This document shows, one piece after another, positions 38,326 to 48,759 of a DNA stretch of 64,000 nucleotides. Origin of the DNA: Bacteroidota bacterium (GTDB taxonomy: Bacteria; Bacteroidota; Ignavibacteria; 0-14-0-80-59-12); the NCBI GenBank assembly GCA_049973045.1, contig JBMFJZ010000003.1:142319-206318 (forward strand). Direction: 5' to 3'. The position numbers and the translations under genes are program-made. Positions within the stretch are counted from its first letter, which is position 1. Each line of letters starts with the position of its first letter. Under the pieces are notes generated by a model. That model saw only the letters and a program-made list of their open reading frames with translations, made no database searches and was not told where the DNA came from.

Positions 38326-40809
38326 ATGAAAACCAAAATTTCTCTTTCCCGACCAAATTCCTTGCTGCGAAGGACACTGTTTATCTTTCTCTGTTCTTTA
38401 TCTTTCTCAGTGAATATGCCTGCTCAATTGCCCGGGAAAACCGCAAGTGGGGCTGTGCTCCTGCCAAACGGTTGGTCTTTAACACCTGCTGGAATTGCAA
38501 TACAGCTTGGAGATCTTCCACTGAGCATGGACATCGATGAGACCCACCACAGAGCGGCGGTTCTCCACGCAGGCATGGGAAAACAGACCGTCGATCTGGT
38601 CGACATCCAATTAAGGAAAGTTGTTTCAACACTTGAGCTTCCCTCGTTGTGGCTCGGCATCCGATTTTATGATGACGGAAATCGTCTCGCCGTTTCAGGT
38701 GGCGGCAGAAACGTCATCTACCTTCTAACGATCAGGAACAATTCTCTTCTTCTTGTTGACTCCATCGTCGTCAACAAGGGGAGCTCGAAACAAAATATAT
38801 TTCTCACTGGGCTGGACATTTCCCCCGATGGGAAAACACTCTATGTCGTGACAAAGGGTGATAAAGCTCTTTACGAATGTGATCTTAAAAGCAAATCTCT
38901 CCGTTCACGCACTCCTCTTCCAGCCGAAGCATACACATGTCGGTACTACCCACAAGAGAAAACTATTTACATCACACTATGGGGAGGAAAAGAGGCTATC
39001 GGCGTAGATGGAAAGACACACCGCATTGTTTTCAGAATAACCACTGGCGATCATCCAACCGACATAGCATTAAGTTCAAACGGCAAATGGATGTTCATTG
39101 CCAATGCAAATGAAAATAGCGTGAGCGTCATCGACCGAGGGAGACAAAAGGTTGTGGAAATTCTTTCAACAGCCCTCAATCCTGATCTACCCCCCGGCAG
39201 CACGCCGAACTCATTGGCACTGGCTCACCACGATAGCCTTCTTTTTGTCGCCAATGCAGATAATAATTGCCTTGCTGTCTTTGACGTCTCCAAGCCTGGA
39301 TCATCACGATCACTCGGATTTATACCAACGGGTTGGTATCCAACATCCGTCCGTGTGGCAAAGAACAAAGGGGGAAAAGAGATTCTTCTCGTCCTCAACG
39401 GGAAGGGAACGACGTCACACTCGAATCCGGGTGGACCGAACCCAATGAAGAGACATCAGCAAAACGAGCAATATATTGGTACTTTACTTCGAGGAAGCAT
39501 TTCCATCATCCCGATTCCTTCGAAGACCGACCTTGCGGAATACACAAGGCAGGTCTACGCAAACACTCCTCTTACAAGAGGACCCTCTGAGAACTGCCAG
39601 CAAGCGAACCCAATCATCCAGAAACCATCTCCCATCAAACATGTTTTTTACATCATCAAGGAAAACCGAACATACGATCAAGTATTCGGCGACATCAAGG
39701 AGGGAAATGGCGACCCATCTCTATGTCTATTCCCGGATTCAGCAACACCAAACCATCATGCACTGGCTCGGGAGTTTGTCCTCCTCGACAATTTTTATGC
39801 CGATGCCGAAGTAAGTGCCGATGGGCATAACTGGTCAATGGCTGCTTACGCGACAGACTACGTTGAAAAGCTCTGGCCAACTGTATACAGCCGACGCGGC
39901 GGTACATACGACTTTGAAGGGAGCACAGCAATTGCTGGACCGAGCAGCGGCTACATTTGGGATAACTGTGCACGCCATGGCATAACATATCGGAGCTACG
40001 GCGAGTTCACTGAGTTCAATCCAAAATGGAAACCCGGCGATACCGTTCGACCCGCAGCAGCCGTTCCTACACTCATTGGACATGTCTCACCAACCTATCG
40101 GGGGTTTGACCTGAACTATAAGGATGTGGATCGGGCTGCAGCCTGGATCAAAGAGTTTGACGAGCTCGAGAAAGAAAGTGCTGTACCTCAATTTGAGGTC
40201 ATTCGTCTGCCGAACGATCACACCATCGGGACGCAAGTTGGTATGCCGACACCAATGGCATACGTTGCTGATAACGATCTTGCCTTAGGACTGATTGTCG
40301 AGCGGATTTCACACAGCAGCATCTGGAAGGAGTCAGCAATTTTCGTTGTTGAAGATGATGCTCAGGACGGTCCCGATCACGTCGATGCACACCGGACTGT
40401 AGCCCTCGTCATCAGCCCTTATGCGAAGCGACACGCAGTCGATCACACACTCTACTCCACATCGAGCATGGTCAAAACCATGGAGATGATACTTGGCTTG
40501 CCTTCTATGACGCAGTTTGATTCGGCAGCGACAGCGATGTGTGCTTCATTCACCAGCACTCCAGACTTCACGCCTTTCAACCATCGAATCCCCAAAGTTG
40601 ATCTTAACGAGGTGAATACTGCTGAAGCGTATGGGAGCAAACGATCGGCAGAATTCAATTTTGCACAGGAGGATCGTGCGCCGGACATCGAATTCAATGA
40701 GATCATCTGGAAGGCGCTTAGGGGAAAAACCTCAGAAATGCCCCCGCCAGTTCGGGGTGCATTTATCTCGCAAGGTGACCTTTGGTCCACCAGAGGCGGA
40801 AAAGAATAA
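38326..40809 (+). CDS. Bifunctional YncE/YVTN beta-propeller plus phosphoesterase-family protein (phospholipase C / acid phosphatase AcpA-like)
   Basis: N-terminal propeller blades (DISPDGKTLYVV, SSNGKWMFIANANENSVSVID and others); C-terminal phosphoesterase hallmark HVFYIIKENRTYDQVFGD; start moved to MKTKISL, which begins a signal peptide. Confidence 0.8.
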   Translation: MKTKISLSRPNSLLRRTLFIFLCSLSFSVNMPAQLPGKTASGAVLLPNGWSLTPAGIAIQLGDLPLSMDIDETHHRAAVLHAGMGKQTVDLVDIQLRKVVSTLELPSLWLGIRFYDDGNRLAVSGGGRNVIYLLTIRNNSLLLVDSIVVNKGSSKQNIFLTGLDISPDGKTLYVVTKGDKALYECDLKSKSLRSRTPLPAEAYTCRYYPQEKTIYITLWGGKEAIGVDGKTHRIVFRITTGDHPTDIALSSNGKWMFIANANENSVSVIDRGRQKVVEILSTALNPDLPPGSTPNSLALAHHDSLLFVANADNNCLAVFDVSKPGSSRSLGFIPTGWYPTSVRVAKNKGGKEILLVLNGKGTTSHSNPGGPNPMKRHQQNEQYIGTLLRGSISIIPIPSKTDLAEYTRQVYANTPLTRGPSENCQQANPIIQKPSPIKHVFYIIKENRTYDQVFGDIKEGNGDPSLCLFPDSATPNHHALAREFVLLDNFYADAEVSADGHNWSMAAYATDYVEKLWPTVYSRRGGTYDFEGSTAIAGPSSGYIWDNCARHGITYRSYGEFTEFNPKWKPGDTVRPAAAVPTLIGHVSPTYRGFDLNYKDVDRAAAWIKEFDELEKESAVPQFEVIRLPNDHTIGTQVGMPTPMAYVADNDLALGLIVERISHSSIWKESAIFVVEDDAQDGPDHVDAHRTVALVISPYAKRHAVDHTLYSTSSMVKTMEMILGLPSMTQFDSAATAMCASFTSTPDFTPFNHRIPKVDLNEVNTAEAYGSKRSAEFNFAQEDRAPDIEFNEIIWKALRGKTSEMPPPVRGAFISQGDLWSTRGGKE

Positions 40810-40950
40810 GCTAATTGTAAAACATGATTGCATGCCATCGTGCTCGCATAGCATGACAAAGTCTGCGATGGTGAGCCTGGGGAGCCATCAGTCCAATCCG
40901 CTGCAGGCGGACTCAGTTACAATGCAAATTCCATAGCAGAGTCGATAATG

Positions 40951-41484
40951 CTACGAAAGTGCTCTAATAATTGCTTGGCAGAACTGCGGCAAATCGGCGG
41001 GTGAGCGCGAGCTGATAAGATTGCCATCAATAACAACAGGCTCATCGTGGTAAAGGACGCCGGCGTTTTCTAAATCCTCCTTAATTGCAAAAAAGCCTGT
41101 CATATGTCTCCCTTTGACGATCTTCGCAGAGATAAGCACCCACCCTGCATGACAAATCGTTGCGATGACCTTCTTCGCAGCATCGAAAGCACGGACTATC
41201 TCCAGGACCTGCTTTGACCGACGCAAACGGTCCGGGGCATACCCTCCCGGTATCACCAGCGCATCATACCTCTGTGAATTCACGTCGCTCACCAGGATGT
41301 CGGGGACAACGGGCATCCCCTGCTTTCCTCTGTAAGTTTTCTTTTCAGGTGCAGCAACTGTTACTGCAGCTCCTTCTTCCTCAAGGCGAATCTTCGGATA
41401 CCAAAATTCGAGATCTTCATAAAGCTCTTCTACAATAATAAGGATTTTCTTGTCTTTAAGCGCATGCATCTTGAAGCTCATCAA
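40951..41484 (-). CDS. DJ-1/PfpI-family protein (class I glutamine amidotransferase-like)
   Basis: Nucleophile elbow ICHAGWVL and VIPGGYAPD pattern. Confidence 0.8.
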   Translation of the reverse strand: MMSFKMHALKDKKILIIVEELYEDLEFWYPKIRLEEEGAAVTVAAPEKKTYRGKQGMPVVPDILVSDVNSQRYDALVIPGGYAPDRLRRSKQVLEIVRAFDAAKKVIATICHAGWVLISAKIVKGRHMTGFFAIKEDLENAGVLYHDEPVVIDGNLISSRSPADLPQFCQAIIRALS

Positions 41485-41504
41485 TCAAGTTACCAGCCCT
41501 CAAT

Positions 41505-42059
41505 CTATGGTTTCAAACCGATTTGATCAGCGATGCTCTTCATAGCATCGATCACAAACTGAATATGCTCATCGAGGTCGACGCCAAGTTCTTCAGCACC
41601 GTGAAGTATGTCATCTCGATTCACGCTCCGCGCAAAAGCTTTGTCCTTCATTTTCTTCTTGACTGAACTTGCTTCCAGATCCATGATCTTTTGCGGTCGA
41701 ACGAGAGCTGCTGCAGTAATAAAACCGCAAAGCTCATCGCACGCATACAGCGTCTTTGCCATAAGAGTATCACGAGGGACTCCAGTATATGTTGCATGAC
41801 CAAGAATAGCGTGCCGAATTTCTTCAGAGACCCCTCGCTCCTTCAAAATCTCCGACCCTTTCAGCGGGTGATCCGGAGCAGTGGGATACATCTCGTAGTC
41901 GAAATCATGAAGGAGCCCAACTATTCCCCACATTTCTTCGTCCTCTCCAAACTTCCGCGCGTAGGCACGCATCGCCGCCTCCACCGCAAGCGCGTGCTTA
42001 ATCAGGTTCGCATTTTTCGTATACTCACTCAAAAGTAGATATGCTTCACTTCGTGTCAT
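41505..42059 (-). CDS. HD-domain phosphohydrolase
   Basis: HD motif IVGLLHDFD and histidine ladder. Confidence 0.7.
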   Translation of the reverse strand: MTRSEAYLLLSEYTKNANLIKHALAVEAAMRAYARKFGEDEEMWGIVGLLHDFDYEMYPTAPDHPLKGSEILKERGVSEEIRHAILGHATYTGVPRDTLMAKTLYACDELCGFITAAALVRPQKIMDLEASSVKKKMKDKAFARSVNRDDILHGAEELGVDLDEHIQFVIDAMKSIADQIGLKP

Positions 42060-42170
42060 AGCTCTTCCCCATTTGTCCTTACAAGGTTAACTATTCAAGG
42101 AACGAAAATCAAGGTTGAAAGTCAATGCGAAGCTCACTATATTGTGTTAAGAAAAAATTGGGGTACAGCC

Positions 42171-42797
42171 ATGGAGCTAATTAATTCTGAGATACAGAAA
42201 TATCTTGTCGATCTCCTTCCGCCGCGAGATCCAGTGCTCGCGGAGATGGAAGAAGTAGCAGCCCGTGAATCGTTTCCTATTGTCGGTCCTCTTGTCGGTA
42301 ATCTGATCTACCAGCTTGCCATGATGATTAATGCCCGACGCATAATCGAGCTTGGTTCGGGATACGGTTACTCAGCTTTATGGTTTGCTCGGGCTCTCCG
42401 CGGAAGCGGAACAATAATCTGTACTGACGAAAATCCGGCAAATGCAAAACGGGCGGCGGAGTTCTTTAGTCGTGCTGGAGTGTCAGCTTCCATAGATTAT
42501 CGTGTAGGCGATGCTGTAGCAATCCTGGATTCCCTCGATGGAGAATTTGACATTATTTTCAATGACGCACACAAGTACGATTATCCAAAGATTTTCTACA
42601 AATCTCTGCCCAAGCTCCGACGTGGTGGACTGTTGATTGCGGACAACGCCCTGTGGCACGGAAAGGTCCTTGATGTTCATCCAGATGAATCGACCGCAGC
42701 CCTGCTAACCTGGAATCGCCTGATCTATTCAACCCCGGACTTACTGACAACAATTATCCCTATACGTGACGGTGTATCCGTGAGCCTTAAACGATGA
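42171..42797 (+). CDS. Class I SAM-dependent O-methyltransferase (family 3, caffeoyl-CoA OMT-like)
   Basis: SAM motif IIELGSGYGYS and acidic loop FNDAHKYDYP; the ORF track starts 27 nt earlier at 42144. Confidence 0.75.
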   Translation: MELINSEIQKYLVDLLPPRDPVLAEMEEVAARESFPIVGPLVGNLIYQLAMMINARRIIELGSGYGYSALWFARALRGSGTIICTDENPANAKRAAEFFSRAGVSASIDYRVGDAVAILDSLDGEFDIIFNDAHKYDYPKIFYKSLPKLRRGGLLIADNALWHGKVLDVHPDESTAALLTWNRLIYSTPDLLTTIIPIRDGVSVSLKR

Positions 42798-42887
42798 GAG
42801 CTCTACATGCTCATTAATCCAGCAGGAAAATTTCCCGGGGTTGGCACTGAAGACCAGCTTTTCCGATGCGACGTGCAGATGCTCAGC

Positions 42888-45209
42888 TCAGCCTTGCTCA
42901 CCCCGCACCAGATAGCCTAAGCCCTGCTCTCCGTCCATCACGATCTCTAAGTGATGACCCTCCCTCTCATTTGCAACGGAAATGAGCTTCAGGCACTCTC
43001 TCAATTCACTGGCATCTGGCAAAAACTGAGGAAGGAAATTCTGAGCGTTATCAAAGAACGGTCGGTTCAGGAAATCGTCTGAATCGTCAAGGTAGATTGC
43101 AAGCGGATAGATTTGTGCCTCCACAAGGTCCTGAAAGAAGTGAGTTCCGTAGGACGGCTCTGGAGCTTCTCCTTCATTGGGCATGGCAATCTCAACAAGG
43201 GCTCGCGCATTGTAAATATCAGCGTAAGTTACCGGTACACCAAGCTGGCTATTCACTGAGCCCCACCGACCGGGACCGATGAGAATAAAGTTGCTCCCCT
43301 CCAACAGTTTGTTTAGACGTCCCACCGTACGTGCTACCTCACTGCGACGTGCAGGCTCACTCAATCGATAGTATCTCATCGGATCCACGTAGACAATGTA
43401 CTCGACTCCACTCACCTGCCCTTGAGGAACCATCCGTGTCGCCAAGAGAATCTTGTCGTCCTCCGCGACATCAGCCGGCACAGTACGGAAACGCCCCCCC
43501 TGCATGCTGCTCTGCGGACGGCATTGAAGCAGATAGAAAGCAAAGCGTGGCTGCGGAAAGTCCGCTGAGAGATTCACAGCAAACTCAACGTCCACCGGAA
43601 CTTGATAGTGTTTCTCAAGCGCGGAAAGAATTCCCTTCATGATCGAGACAAAATCGTCCTGCTGAACTAAATTGTCAAATGTCAGGACGAGCTTCTCCGG
43701 ACGAATCTGGTATCCCACAGCGTACACCGGCGAAAGCATCTCTTCTTTTTGAACAGAGGCAACCCAATGGAGTGCCGGATAATCGACGTCAAGAACTTCA
43801 TGAACAGGCAGTGTTGTGAAAGCATTGCGCTCAATGTCAATCAGGTCAATGAATCGTTGGGAGTAGTACTGGATCGCCTTTGGCATTACTTCAGGCTTAA
43901 GATTTGGATGACTTAGTGCTATGAGACGTGGATAATCTTCCCCAACTCGTTCCAGGGCTCTTGTCCCGAGACCGAGCACCAGGCGCACGAATCCCTCCTC
44001 GCGGCGCAACCGTGGGCTCCATACGATCGGGCTACGACTGAAAGCAACTCCTGCTAAATCAGGAAAAAAATATCCACGATGCGGATTGCCAACCACTTCC
44101 TGCAGAAGGATTGCCATACGCTCGTCATAATCGAGCAATCCCATCCGCCGCCGATAGAGAAGTGCATCCGGACTAAAAATGCTCGCATAGACCCTGCCTA
44201 TAGCTCTTATAAGATCTCGGAGATTCTCTTCCAAAGTGCCCTGGTTAGGACAGAAGAAACTGGCGTACTTGCCCGCAAAGGATGTCCCAAAATTATCCTC
44301 GAGCAAACTCGACGAGCGGACAATAAGTGGCTTCTTCCCTATCTCCTCAAGAACCGCCCGCAAGCCAGCCTCAATCTCCTCAGGAAACTGCCCACGCTCG
44401 CATTCCTCGCGTATCTGAGGATATTCCTGGCGAATCTCCTCAGGCGATTTATATTTTTGATTGAAATATTCCAAGCCGTTGAACGCCATGAAGTCATAAA
44501 CAACATCAGCACCCACGAAATACGAGCGGGGTAATGTGACACGCTCTGCAATCTCAGGGTTCGCAGACTGGAGAATCTTCCAGGCAAGTAGCATGCCTCC
44601 AGCCTTTCCTCCAATTTTCCCGTTACCAATCCGTCTTTCCTGGATGAATCTGAAATCGGAGGCATGAAACCAATTCTTCGCAATGCGAATGAAGTTTAAC
44701 TGATCGCTGATCATTGTTTTGATCAGGACAACAATAAGCTCTTCTAAGTCGTGATGAACCTCTGCACGTTTGTCCTTAGGGAGGGCTTCAAATTGCTCAG
44801 CCTGGCGAAGAACAAGATCAAGAGGAGCTAATTCTGGATTGAAGTTGAGTGCTATCTGACTTCGATTAGTGCTTTGACGCGGAAGCACCTCATCAACGAT
44901 CTGATTAAAAAGATCAATAGGCAAGTTGTTGGCAAAATAGAAATCGGTCAAGTAATCGCGGATTTGGGTCAGACGTTGCTCCCATTGGCTGGCGTCTTCT
45001 TGCACAAGAGGACTTGTTAATCCTTCACGGCGTTGAGAGAGCAAAGCTTTTTCACGTACCTCCTGCTCAAAGCGTTCTGAGGTAATCACGCCGCGCTGAT
45101 AAAGCTCTTCTCGCATTCGCGCACGAATCCGACGCGCCAGAATCGGAAACTGTGCAATTCGCAAATGGATCAATAGAATCTGTGGTACTTCGACTGAAGG
45201 TTCTGCCAT
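42888..45209 (-). CDS. PEP/pyruvate-binding (PPDK_N-like) domain protein with no recognisable phosphohistidine swivel domain
   Basis: IGGKAGGMLLAWKI...PLIVRSSSLLEDNFGTSFAGKYASF resembles PpsA/PPDK N-domain motifs; no GGRTSHAAI-type His domain seen. Confidence 0.6.
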   Translation of the reverse strand: MAEPSVEVPQILLIHLRIAQFPILARRIRARMREELYQRGVITSERFEQEVREKALLSQRREGLTSPLVQEDASQWEQRLTQIRDYLTDFYFANNLPIDLFNQIVDEVLPRQSTNRSQIALNFNPELAPLDLVLRQAEQFEALPKDKRAEVHHDLEELIVVLIKTMISDQLNFIRIAKNWFHASDFRFIQERRIGNGKIGGKAGGMLLAWKILQSANPEIAERVTLPRSYFVGADVVYDFMAFNGLEYFNQKYKSPEEIRQEYPQIREECERGQFPEEIEAGLRAVLEEIGKKPLIVRSSSLLEDNFGTSFAGKYASFFCPNQGTLEENLRDLIRAIGRVYASIFSPDALLYRRRMGLLDYDERMAILLQEVVGNPHRGYFFPDLAGVAFSRSPIVWSPRLRREEGFVRLVLGLGTRALERVGEDYPRLIALSHPNLKPEVMPKAIQYYSQRFIDLIDIERNAFTTLPVHEVLDVDYPALHWVASVQKEEMLSPVYAVGYQIRPEKLVLTFDNLVQQDDFVSIMKGILSALEKHYQVPVDVEFAVNLSADFPQPRFAFYLLQCRPQSSMQGGRFRTVPADVAEDDKILLATRMVPQGQVSGVEYIVYVDPMRYYRLSEPARRSEVARTVGRLNKLLEGSNFILIGPGRWGSVNSQLGVPVTYADIYNARALVEIAMPNEGEAPEPSYGTHFFQDLVEAQIYPLAIYLDDSDDFLNRPFFDNAQNFLPQFLPDASELRECLKLISVANEREGHHLEIVMDGEQGLGYLVRGEQG

Positions 45210-45247
45210 TTTTGAATTTCAATTCACAATAGATAAAGAAAAGCTCG

Positions 45248-45277
45248 GGCGGTCCGCATCGCGGCGAGGACCGCCCT
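45248..45277. terminator. Bidirectional terminator hairpin GGGCGGTCCgcatcgcggcgaGGACCGCCC, T-rich on both sides
   Basis: 9-bp GC-rich inverted repeat seen between the gdh stop and the next gene start. Confidence 0.6.
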
Positions 45278-45298
45278 TGTTTAGAAAGCAGAGTTCTC

Positions 45299-46444
45299 TC
45301 ATGCCCAACCGCGGAGACGCACCGCCTCAGCGACACGGCTTACCGCAACAAGGTAGGCTCCAAGTCTGTTATGAACCTTCCGTGCCTGTGCTTCACGATG
45401 CACAGCGTGGAAGGCTGCTGTCATCTTCTTGTCCAGTCGCTCATGAACCGTCTCTTCATCCCAGTAATATCCATAAGCGTTCTGCACCATCTCGAAGTAA
45501 GAAACGGTGACTCCCCCGGCGTTGCACAGGAAATCCGGGATCACATATACGCCGTTCTGGTGAAGAATCTTGTCTGCTTCCGGAGTTGTTGGTCCATTCG
45601 CCAACTCAGCAATGACTCTCGCCTTAATACGACCCGCATTGGACTGAGTGATGACATTTTCGAGCGCCGCGGGGAAAAGGACAGTTACATCCAGCTCAAG
45701 AATTTCCTCGTTGCCGATACTCTCAGCCCCGGGGAAACCAACGACCGATCCAGTCTTCTCCTTATGAGCTATAACCTTCTCGAAGTCGAGCCCTTTAGGA
45801 TCATAGATACCACCCTTGGAATCGGACACAGCTACAACTTTAAGCCCAAGGAGCTCTATACCGAGCTTATGAGCAAAATAGCCGGCGTTTCCATAGCCTT
45901 GGATAGCAGCAGTTGCTCCTTTCAGGTTAATGCCGAGAGCTTTCCCTGCTTCACGCAGGCAATAGATTCCACCTCTGGCTGTGGCATCGCCTCGCCCAGC
46001 AGATCCGCCGAGAGGCAATGGCTTGCCGGTAATAACCCCGAATTCATTATGCCCTCTCAGGAAGGAAAATTCATCTGCCATCCAAGCCATAATCTGTGGT
46101 GTTGTATAGACATCAGGAGCTGGCACGTCCATATCCGGACCTAAGATACGTCCTACTTGACGGATGTAGGCCCGACTCAGCCGTTCTATCTCGCCTGGGG
46201 ACATCTCTTTCGGGTTACAGATGATGCCTCCCTTGGCACCGCCGAGCGGGATATCCACAACAGCAGTTTTCCATGTCATCCATGCCGCCAGAGCACGCAC
46301 AGTATCGATCGTCTCCGCGGGATGGAAACGGATACCACCCTTTGTCGGACCACGGGCATCATTGTACTGTACACGAAATCCATGAAAAATTTTTGTCTTC
46401 CCATCATCCATTTTCACTGGCAGCGTCACATGAAGTTCCCGCAT
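45299..46444 (-). CDS. gdhA: Glu/Leu/Phe/Val-family (glutamate) dehydrogenase; ORF as called starts downstream of an in-frame TAG. The uninterrupted gene would start at ATG 46570
   Basis: Catalytic Lys motif [11 protein letters not shown] and NAD(P) Rossmann motif GYGNAGYF. The upstream in-frame sequence [41 protein letters not shown] matches the GDH N-terminus. Confidence 0.8.
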   Translation of the reverse strand: MRELHVTLPVKMDDGKTKIFHGFRVQYNDARGPTKGGIRFHPAETIDTVRALAAWMTWKTAVVDIPLGGAKGGIICNPKEMSPGEIERLSRAYIRQVGRILGPDMDVPAPDVYTTPQIMAWMADEFSFLRGHNEFGVITGKPLPLGGSAGRGDATARGGIYCLREAGKALGINLKGATAAIQGYGNAGYFAHKLGIELLGLKVVAVSDSKGGIYDPKGLDFEKVIAHKEKTGSVVGFPGAESIGNEEILELDVTVLFPAALENVITQSNAGRIKARVIAELANGPTTPEADKILHQNGVYVIPDFLCNAGGVTVSYFEMVQNAYGYYWDEETVHERLDKKMTAAFHAVHREAQARKVHNRLGAYLVAVSRVAEAVRLRGWA

Positions 46445-46705
46445 AGGCCAGCGCAGGAATTCGTGAATCGCCGGATCGAGTTTGAGAATCGCCGCAGCTT
46501 CATCAAGTTGCTGCTAGGCAATTTCAAATGGGTTCATCGTTGTCTGAGTTGAAAAAGCTACTTGTTGCATAGTTTGCTCCTATGATTAGGTGATTAAGAT
46601 GATCCAGTTATTTGAAAGGAAGTATTACAGCACAAAGAGATCAGGTTAAACATGATTGAGTAAAATGTTCAACTATCAGATATCAGATTACTGTTGTTTC
46701 CTACA

Positions 46706-48742
46706 TCACTTTACAGGTGCTCCACTCGGCACCTCAGTGTCTGGTGTGAGCAACGAAAGTGTTCCAGCCCCATCATCCACAGCAAGGAGCATCCCCTGTG
46801 ATTCCACACCCATGAGCTTTGCTGGCTGAAGATTCGCAACGACGATAATTGTTTTCCCGATAAGCATATCGGGGGTATAGTGTTCCCCAATACCTGCGAC
46901 GATCTGGCGCGGTTCCCCACCAACATCAATCTGAAGTTTGATGAGCTTCTTTGATTTTGGCAGACGCTCTGCAGCGAGAATTTTCGCTGTTCGTAATTTG
47001 ATGCGTCGAAACTCGTCAATGGAAATTTGCTCATCCTTTACTGGTGCCATTTGAGGTTTCAAACCAAGCTTTGTCAATTCTCGTTCTATAACCTCATCTT
47101 CAATTTTTGTGAACAAGATTTGAGGTTCACCAAGCTTTTGACCTTCTGGGATATCTGCCTCGCCTGCTGCATCCCAGAGCGCACCGGCAAGTGGACCGGA
47201 CTCTCCAAGCATCTTCCACATTAGCCGAGTCGTAAACGGAATGACTGGTTCAAGCAGCACAGTAAGGACACGAATTGCTTGAAGTGATAGATGAATTGTT
47301 GTTGCGCATTGGGGATGATTGCTCCTCAATGTTTTCCAGGGCTCGGAGTCATTGAAGTATTTATTTGCAAATCGTGCAAGGTTCATTGCTTCAACGATAG
47401 CATCCTTGAAGCGAAAGTTTTCATAAAGCTCTCCAACGACTTTAGGAGCCTCTCTAAGCCGTCTCAGCAATTCTTCATCTCGATCACTGAGTTCACCACG
47501 CGCCGGAACAAATCCTCCAAAGTTCTTCTGAGCAAACGTCATAGTTCGATGAACAAAATTCCCAAGTGTGTCAGCAAGCTCATTATTTACCCGTGCCTGA
47601 AAATCCTTCCAGTAAAAATCTGTGTCCCGATACTCCGGAAGGTTTACCGCAAGAGCATACCTTAGCAAGTCAGGAGGAAATGTTTCGAGGTAGTCCTTCA
47701 AATAAATTGCATAGTTCCGACTCTTGGAAAGTTTTCCCCCTTCAAGATTGAGGAACTCATTCGCAGGGACATTGTCCGGTAAGATATAGCCCCCTTTCGC
47801 CATGAGCATTGCCGGGAAGACAATGCAGTGAAACACTATGTTATCTTTCCCAATGAAGGCAACATATTTCGTGGCATCGTCCTGCCAGTATTCCTTCCAC
47901 TTTTCAGGCATACCGATTCGCTCAGCCCACTCCTTCGTCGAGGAGATATATCCAAGAACAGCCTCAAACCAGACATAGAGAACTTTATCCTCGTAGCCTT
48001 CAAGAGGAACCTTCACCCCCCATCGGAGATCGCGGGTCACGGCTCGATCTTCAAGCCCCTCAGCAAACCAGCTTTCGCAATACTTTCGCACATTCTCTTT
48101 CCAGTCAGTTTTTGACCGCACATACGCTTCAAGCTGAGGCTGGTACTCTCCGAGGGGGAAATACCAGTGCTTCGTTGTGCGAATGACTGGTGCTCTGCCG
48201 CAAATCTTGCATCGAGGATTAATAAGCTCACGAGGATCCAGTAGGCTACCACACTGTTCACATTGATCACCCCGTGCTTCAGTATAACCGCATACAGGAC
48301 AAGTCCCTTCAACGTATCGGTCAGCGAGGAACATTCGATCCTGTTCGCAATACAACTGTTCTTCTTCCTTCTCCCTTAGAATTCCCTTGTGATAAAAATC
48401 AAGGAAAAATTCTTGAGCTGTCCTGTGGTGAACAGGTAGCGTTGTTCGCGAGTAATTGTCGAAGGAAATCCCGAATGCTGCAAATGCATCACGATTCATC
48501 GCATGGTAACGATCGACGATGACTTTTGGATCCACTCCTTCTTTCTCTGCTGCAATTGTAATGGGGACCCCATGCTCATCGGAGCCACAAATGAAAACGA
48601 CGTTCCGTCCCTTCAGCCGTTGATATCGAACGTAGAGGTCTGCAGGCAGATAAGCGCCAGCGAGGTGCCCAAAATGGATAGGACCATTTGCGTAAGGTAA
48701 TGCTGCAGTGACGAGGATACGTTTTGGGGGTTCAGGATGCAA
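46706..48742 (-). CDS. metG: Methionine--tRNA ligase with a C-terminal tRNA-binding domain
   Basis: HIGH-region ALPYANGPIHFGHLAG, zinc knuckle cysteines, KMSKS loop, C-terminal EMAP-like domain. Confidence 0.9.
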   Translation of the reverse strand: MHPEPPKRILVTAALPYANGPIHFGHLAGAYLPADLYVRYQRLKGRNVVFICGSDEHGVPITIAAEKEGVDPKVIVDRYHAMNRDAFAAFGISFDNYSRTTLPVHHRTAQEFFLDFYHKGILREKEEEQLYCEQDRMFLADRYVEGTCPVCGYTEARGDQCEQCGSLLDPRELINPRCKICGRAPVIRTTKHWYFPLGEYQPQLEAYVRSKTDWKENVRKYCESWFAEGLEDRAVTRDLRWGVKVPLEGYEDKVLYVWFEAVLGYISSTKEWAERIGMPEKWKEYWQDDATKYVAFIGKDNIVFHCIVFPAMLMAKGGYILPDNVPANEFLNLEGGKLSKSRNYAIYLKDYLETFPPDLLRYALAVNLPEYRDTDFYWKDFQARVNNELADTLGNFVHRTMTFAQKNFGGFVPARGELSDRDEELLRRLREAPKVVGELYENFRFKDAIVEAMNLARFANKYFNDSEPWKTLRSNHPQCATTIHLSLQAIRVLTVLLEPVIPFTTRLMWKMLGESGPLAGALWDAAGEADIPEGQKLGEPQILFTKIEDEVIERELTKLGLKPQMAPVKDEQISIDEFRRIKLRTAKILAAERLPKSKKLIKLQIDVGGEPRQIVAGIGEHYTPDMLIGKTIIVVANLQPAKLMGVESQGMLLAVDDGAGTLSLLTPDTEVPSGAPVK

Positions 48743-48759
48743 ATTTGACCTCCGACAAG

